DNA from: Psammoneis japonica
Taxonomy: Eukaryota
Direction: 5' to 3'
Assembly (NCBI GenBank): GCA_008632985.1
Contig: QPGO01000024.1
Coordinates: forward strand, 186,001 to 250,000
Length of the DNA stretch: 64,000 nt
Made by a program: the position numbers and the translations under genes. How positions within the stretch are numbered: position 1 is the stretch's first letter; every line of letters begins with the position of its first letter. Shown here in pieces: positions 59,040 through 64,000 of the stretch. The notes below the pieces were generated by a model. That model saw only the letters and a list, made by a program, of their open reading frames with translations. It had not been told where the DNA came from and did not search any database.

Positions 59040-62000
59040 CCATGCCAGCAACAGCTGTTGCAATCACATCTGGTGGTGCGCAAATCTGAGATGCACGCCA
59101 GCATCACAAAAGAGTGTCTGTGTCATTGTGGCCAGCTGAGTTTGTTCCTCAGCTGTCAACTGCCTCGCACAAGCTCAGCTGACCCGTGTGATGCCAACAA
59201 ATTTTGCGCAGCAATTTGCAGCAAGGCCCTGCACCACAAGCAAACTTTTTTCAAATGACATTTTGCAAACGTGCATCACAGTCACCATGTGGCATGCACT
59301 GGTCTTTTTTCTCCCCTTTTTGCACTCGCCTTCACCTCCATTCATTCTGGAGCACATTTGTGTGAACTCTGACATGGCCACCAGACATGGTTGAAGCTGG
59401 AGTTCTCAAGTCTTGCTCAAATGTTGCAGCTGCCCAAGAAGTGCTCATTTGGCACAGCCCCAGGTCTTTGTTGAGAGCTGGTCATCCTCTTTGCAATGTG
59501 TGCGACATTTTTGCCATTGTTCTCCCAACAATCATGCCTTTGTGCCCCTGTCAATGATGTTTTGGAGTTTGACATTTTGAACAACAAAGGCTTGCCATCT
59601 GCATCATCTGTTGATGGGGAAGCACCCAACTTTGCTGGCTGGCCCACCACTGAAGAGGATTGTGTGGCTGCTTTGTTGGTTTGAGTCTGCTTGAGCCCAA
59701 GCCCTTGCCAGCCACTGATGAGGAAGATCTCATTGTCCCCAAAGTGCACAATGGCAAAACCATCTCTGTGGCCCACACATTGCCTCTGTTGTTCTGAGGG
59801 TTCCCCAATCAGCATCACCAACCAACTGCTTTGGGCTGTGCAAGAGGAGTTCTCAGCTTGGGCTGACTGTCCGCTGGCTGACAAATTCCCTCATTTTGCA
59901 CCTTCCTTGTGAAGCTTCAGACCTGTTGCAGTCATGGAAATTGGGGCATGATTCAGGGTGCCATTTGGGAGTTTGGGGTGCAATTTTTGCATTGTGAGTG
60001 CAAGAGCATGAAATTTGACATCTTCACTCTTCTGTGAGAAATGATGTGTTCATTGAATGTGTGCTCCTGAAAAATTGTTGACAACTTGGCAGGAATTGCT
60101 GGCCTGTTCCAGCTCCAGGTGATCAGCGCCAGTTCGATTCCCATCATTTGGCAATTTGTGCATTTGGCACATTGAACTTTTTCAAAATCCATTTTTTGCC
60201 AAATCGAAGGGCAAGTGTGCACTTGCATGCATTTTTGGGTGTGCACTTGCCTTTCGATTTTCGAAACGAGCAAAATTGAAGGAGTTTGATGCACTGAACT
60301 GCACAGAAAATTGGCCTCTTGCGTGCGTGATGAAAAGCGGATCACATGGAGCTGGAACAGGCCTGCTCCACATCTCTGATTTTGGTCAACTTGTGTGTGG
60401 GTGAAGCTGAACATTCCAATGACAGCATCAAAACACCGCGGTGTTTGGCAGCTCAATTTTGCAACCTTGCGCATGTCAAGCTGTTGTTTCGACAAGTCTG
60501 GTCCATTGACAACAATGTCATCGACATTGTGTGTTGCTGTTGTGTCCATGGGCAAGGTTTCAGTGACCACATGGTGTGTTTTTCTTCTGAAATGGCATGA
60601 ACTTGCCTTCATTTTGTTGTCCATTGAAGGCAATCTCATCTTTTCTTTATGAATGCTTTGTGGTGGCTCCCCAGCAACAAGTTTTTGCATCTCTCACTGG
60701 TTGAAGTTTGTTGTTGGTTGTTGGTTGCCATTGTTGTTCAACATTCTGATGTTCAATGCCATCATGGATCATGATGATGAGTCTGTTTTTGCACAAAAAT
60801 TGCAGGCAAAAATCACATGTCTCTGGCGGTCTAATTTTTGGCTGTGAATTGTTTTGAGGAGTGTAAAAACGCATGACCAAAATCACACCCTGAATTGCAC
60901 CCCTTTGCCACAACTGCAGTGGGTCTCAGTTGATGCTGCCCAGTGTTGTGGCTCCCACGTTAAAGCAAATTCCCTTTGAGACTGTTTTTTCCTGACCAAT
61001 CAATGTGAAAACAGCCCGCTGCAAGAACTGTCTCCTGGCATCCCTGTTTGCAATTTTGCTTGTTGAAAACTCAAAAGCTTGTTTGACAATCCTCTTTTTG
61101 CAGCCAGACCTTTGCAATCTCAACATGGTTCTGGATCAGCCAATGGTGGTTGCAGGCCATGTTCCACAATGGCAAGTTCAATGACAACAGCAATTGGAAA
61201 CTTTGCAAGAATGATGCAGAAATGAAGAACAGAGAAACTCTCAGGAACTGTGTGTGCAGGATCATCATGGCCCCAATCTCACCCAATGGATGCACAAAAA
61301 TGCAGTGCTTGCAGTGACGCCATTGCCTCCAACAAAGCAGCAGAACTTGCGCACACTCTCTTCCTGTGTCTGCAACAACTGCACAAAGATTTCTGGTGCT
61401 TCATCAGATGGCAGAGGAAAATCACTTGTGCCCCACAAAAGCGCTGCTCATGACCTGACAGAGATTCCTCCACATCTGCTGGAATGGCACACCAACTGAG
61501 ATGTGCAGCAATTCATGCATGTCCTCTTCTGCTCCAACTCAGTCATCCCCTGGTCATTTTGAGCACAGCTCACCATCCTCTCTTTTTGCCCACCCGCTTT
61601 CTGCATGGCCAGCGCTGTGCTTTCCAGTGGGGTGGGAGCTTCAACAAATCATCCAAGAACTGTTTTTGTCCCCAGCCCATCTGAGCCAACCTCCCAAATC
61701 AAGAAGAAGCTGCCTCCATCCTGTTGCTGAAAAATTTTTGCAACGAGGAAGTGTGCGCACCTTTTTTTCATGTTCTTGCACCTTCTTGGGGGTCTGGGCT
61801 GAGGTTTTGACAATTTCACAATTTTCATGGCCAGTGAGAAAGACACAGGGTCTTCCCAGGGCTTGCACTTGATTTCTTTGACCAAATCCCCCCAAGAACG
61901 TGCTGATGGGATGACTGGCTTTTTAGTGCACAGCTTCTGCACAAGGTTTTTCAGACAGCAGCTGTCTGGAAATGCCCCCCAGCTTGTTGACACTGTGGTT

Positions 62001-64000
62001 TGCCATCACTTTGCCATTGCTGCTTGGATGGGGCTTTTGTTCTTCTTTGCCCTTTGGCTGCTGGCTGCACACAACTTGATGAAAGCTTCTCCTGTCAACA
62101 GAAGATTGAGCCAGTCCAAGCTTTTCATTTCACTCGTTTCAAGAGTGCATGTGTGAAGTCATTCATTTGACATTTTCTGAAATGGTGCACAACATGATCA
62201 CTGCTCAAGGAATGTCATCCCACAAACACCTCTTCTCTCCTCCTCCCGTTTCTCGCATGGACATGCCCCAGTTAAGAATTTTTGCACCCAGACAAAGACA
62301 CCATCAAGAACTCAAATTTTGAGCTGGTCTTTTCTCATTTCATGCACATCAGTGCCAGCATGTGCAAGAAGATCTTGGCAGAAAGAAGAGTTTCAGCAGA
62401 GTGGAGCATTGCTTCCAGCCCAAGAGCAGCAGCAGCAATGTGGGCATCCAGCCTTTGGTGTGAAAGGTGGCTGCAAAAAGCAAAGGCACCTGGGCCCCAC
62501 TTTTAGAAAGTGAAGCAGCACAAACTGCCCAAGATCAACACACCATGGGGGAAAACATGGGCACTGTGCAAAATGTTGAACCATTTGTGGCTTCAGCACA
62601 AGCAACACAAATGATGGAAGAGTGCCAAGACACTGCCAGGACATGTCATGCTCCTGCAAATGAAGGCTTTGAGGCTCTTTTTCACAGTGCACATCTCTCA
62701 GCAATGTTGAAAACAAGCCTCTGAAGCCAGCTGTCAGCTCTGACACTGTGGCAAGTTCCAAGGTCACAAAGAGCAAGAAAATTGGAGAATTGACTCCTGC
62801 TGCAAAAAGAAAAATCTCTGTGCCATGCTCTGATTTGGGCACTGGCTTCACATCTTTCAGACTTGTGCCAGCGTCAATTTCATGTCATCATGATGCATGA
62901 GATCATGGGCAGAGGCACAAATGCCAAGAAGCTTGCTTGGCACAGGAAGCACTTTGAACCCCCGGTGCCACATGATTTGCCACACTGCGTGATGACACAG
63001 CTTTGACTCCAGATGATCTGTGCAGTGTTGTTGCCAGAGCCACCGTTGGCATTGTTTGATGGGAACCAAACCCTTCTGTCATGTTCTTGCCTTGTGTTGG
63101 TTGGTGCAAGGACAGCAAGACAATTTGCCAGCAGCTTGACACCAGCCAAGAAGGAATGTCCACTCACTCCTCTGTTTGGTGTCAGCAACACTGCTCAATT
63201 GGCCACAACAACACACTGCAGGTGTGGCACATGTGACTGCACATGCAAGAGAAAGAATGATGGCAAGCTTCTGCAAAAGCTGCCAGCACCTCTCCATCAG
63301 AGTTGTCCTGTGGACATGCAGCACAAAAAAGTGCAAATTCTTCATTGTCTCAAATGATGCTGCCTGTGACTTGACACGTTGTTGGCCACACAATGAGGGA
63401 GCACAGAAACAGAGATGCATTTCTTCATTCTCACATCAACAACAAAGTGAGCCAGCTCTTGACACAAAAGGAGTGGCTCTGCTTGCAGAGCATTGATGCT
63501 GGCAGAAACAATGCCCAACAGATTTGCTGATGCTTGAAGAGTGGGCGGGTTGCCATTTGCCAACAGGGCACAATTTGAGGGACATTTGTGGTGCAGCTGC
63601 ATGTGCTCAGATCTCACTGAAAGTGCTGGCTGGAGTCAGCAACAAGGCCTGTGCCACACAAGAGAAATCCAATTGATTGGCTGCAACATTGGCTTTGCAC
63701 ATGACTGCGCATTTGACCAATTGAAAAGCTGCAAAGAGGACAATGGAGATGGGCTTTTTGCAGTGGCTGCAGAGTCTGGAGAGATTGTGTTCATGCCACA
63801 TTGGTGCAATCTCTTGCAGCCAAGGATCATGCCCATGCAGCAGAGCAAGTTGCAGGATGGCCAATTGATGTCCCAAAAGTCTGCTGCTCCAGCACATTGC
63901 CAAACAAGGAATCTTTTTAGGAAGAAAAATTTGCTCAAAACATCACATGCCACCTTGGTCATTGGCATTGGATGAACCTCATTGTCCACACATTGGAAGA
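59040..64000. repeat. Long, strongly TpA- and CpG-depleted degenerate repeat region (unclassified TE relic)
   Basis: About 8 TA in about 5 kb by eye; dense overlapping Tyr-free pseudo-ORFs. Confidence 0.7.

Noticed and set aside
62857..63069. SWIM-like HCTDHLESKLCHH suggesting a MULE transposase
   Set aside because: Too degenerate, and Cys/His are inflated by the TpA mutation, so zinc-finger patterns are unreliable here.
24660..64000. Numerous 60-260 aa ORFs inside the TpA-depleted blocks
   Set aside because: They result from the loss of TAA/TAG stops. They overlap in all frames, lack Tyr and show no domain signal beyond the TE remnants listed.

Overview
Eukaryotic nuclear DNA, almost certainly from a diatom: it has an aureochrome, an ASAFAP-type plastid presequence and short GT-AG introns. 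About 16 intact host genes alternate with degenerate transposon relics (PIF/Harbinger, a non-LTR retrotransposon with a restriction-like endonuclease (RLE), hAT, unclassified) covering roughly 40% of the window. The main result is a repeat-targeted hypermutation that converts TpA to TpG or CpA (A-to-G on either DNA strand), the reverse of fungal repeat-induced point mutation (RIP). A recent 3.8 kb duplication captures it directly: by hand count, 53 of 59 TpA sites in the gene-derived part are converted in the copy (27 TG, 26 CA, none CG), while the parent gene is untouched. All identified TE relics show the same near-total loss of TpA, including a reverse transcriptase YADD changed to HADD. 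The second result is an intact, unmutated Crypton-like tyrosine-recombinase cassette (391-4686) carrying a RusA Holliday-junction resolvase, with shared palindromic end motifs and a 7-bp direct repeat. All counts and alignments are by eye, and exon boundaries are predictions.
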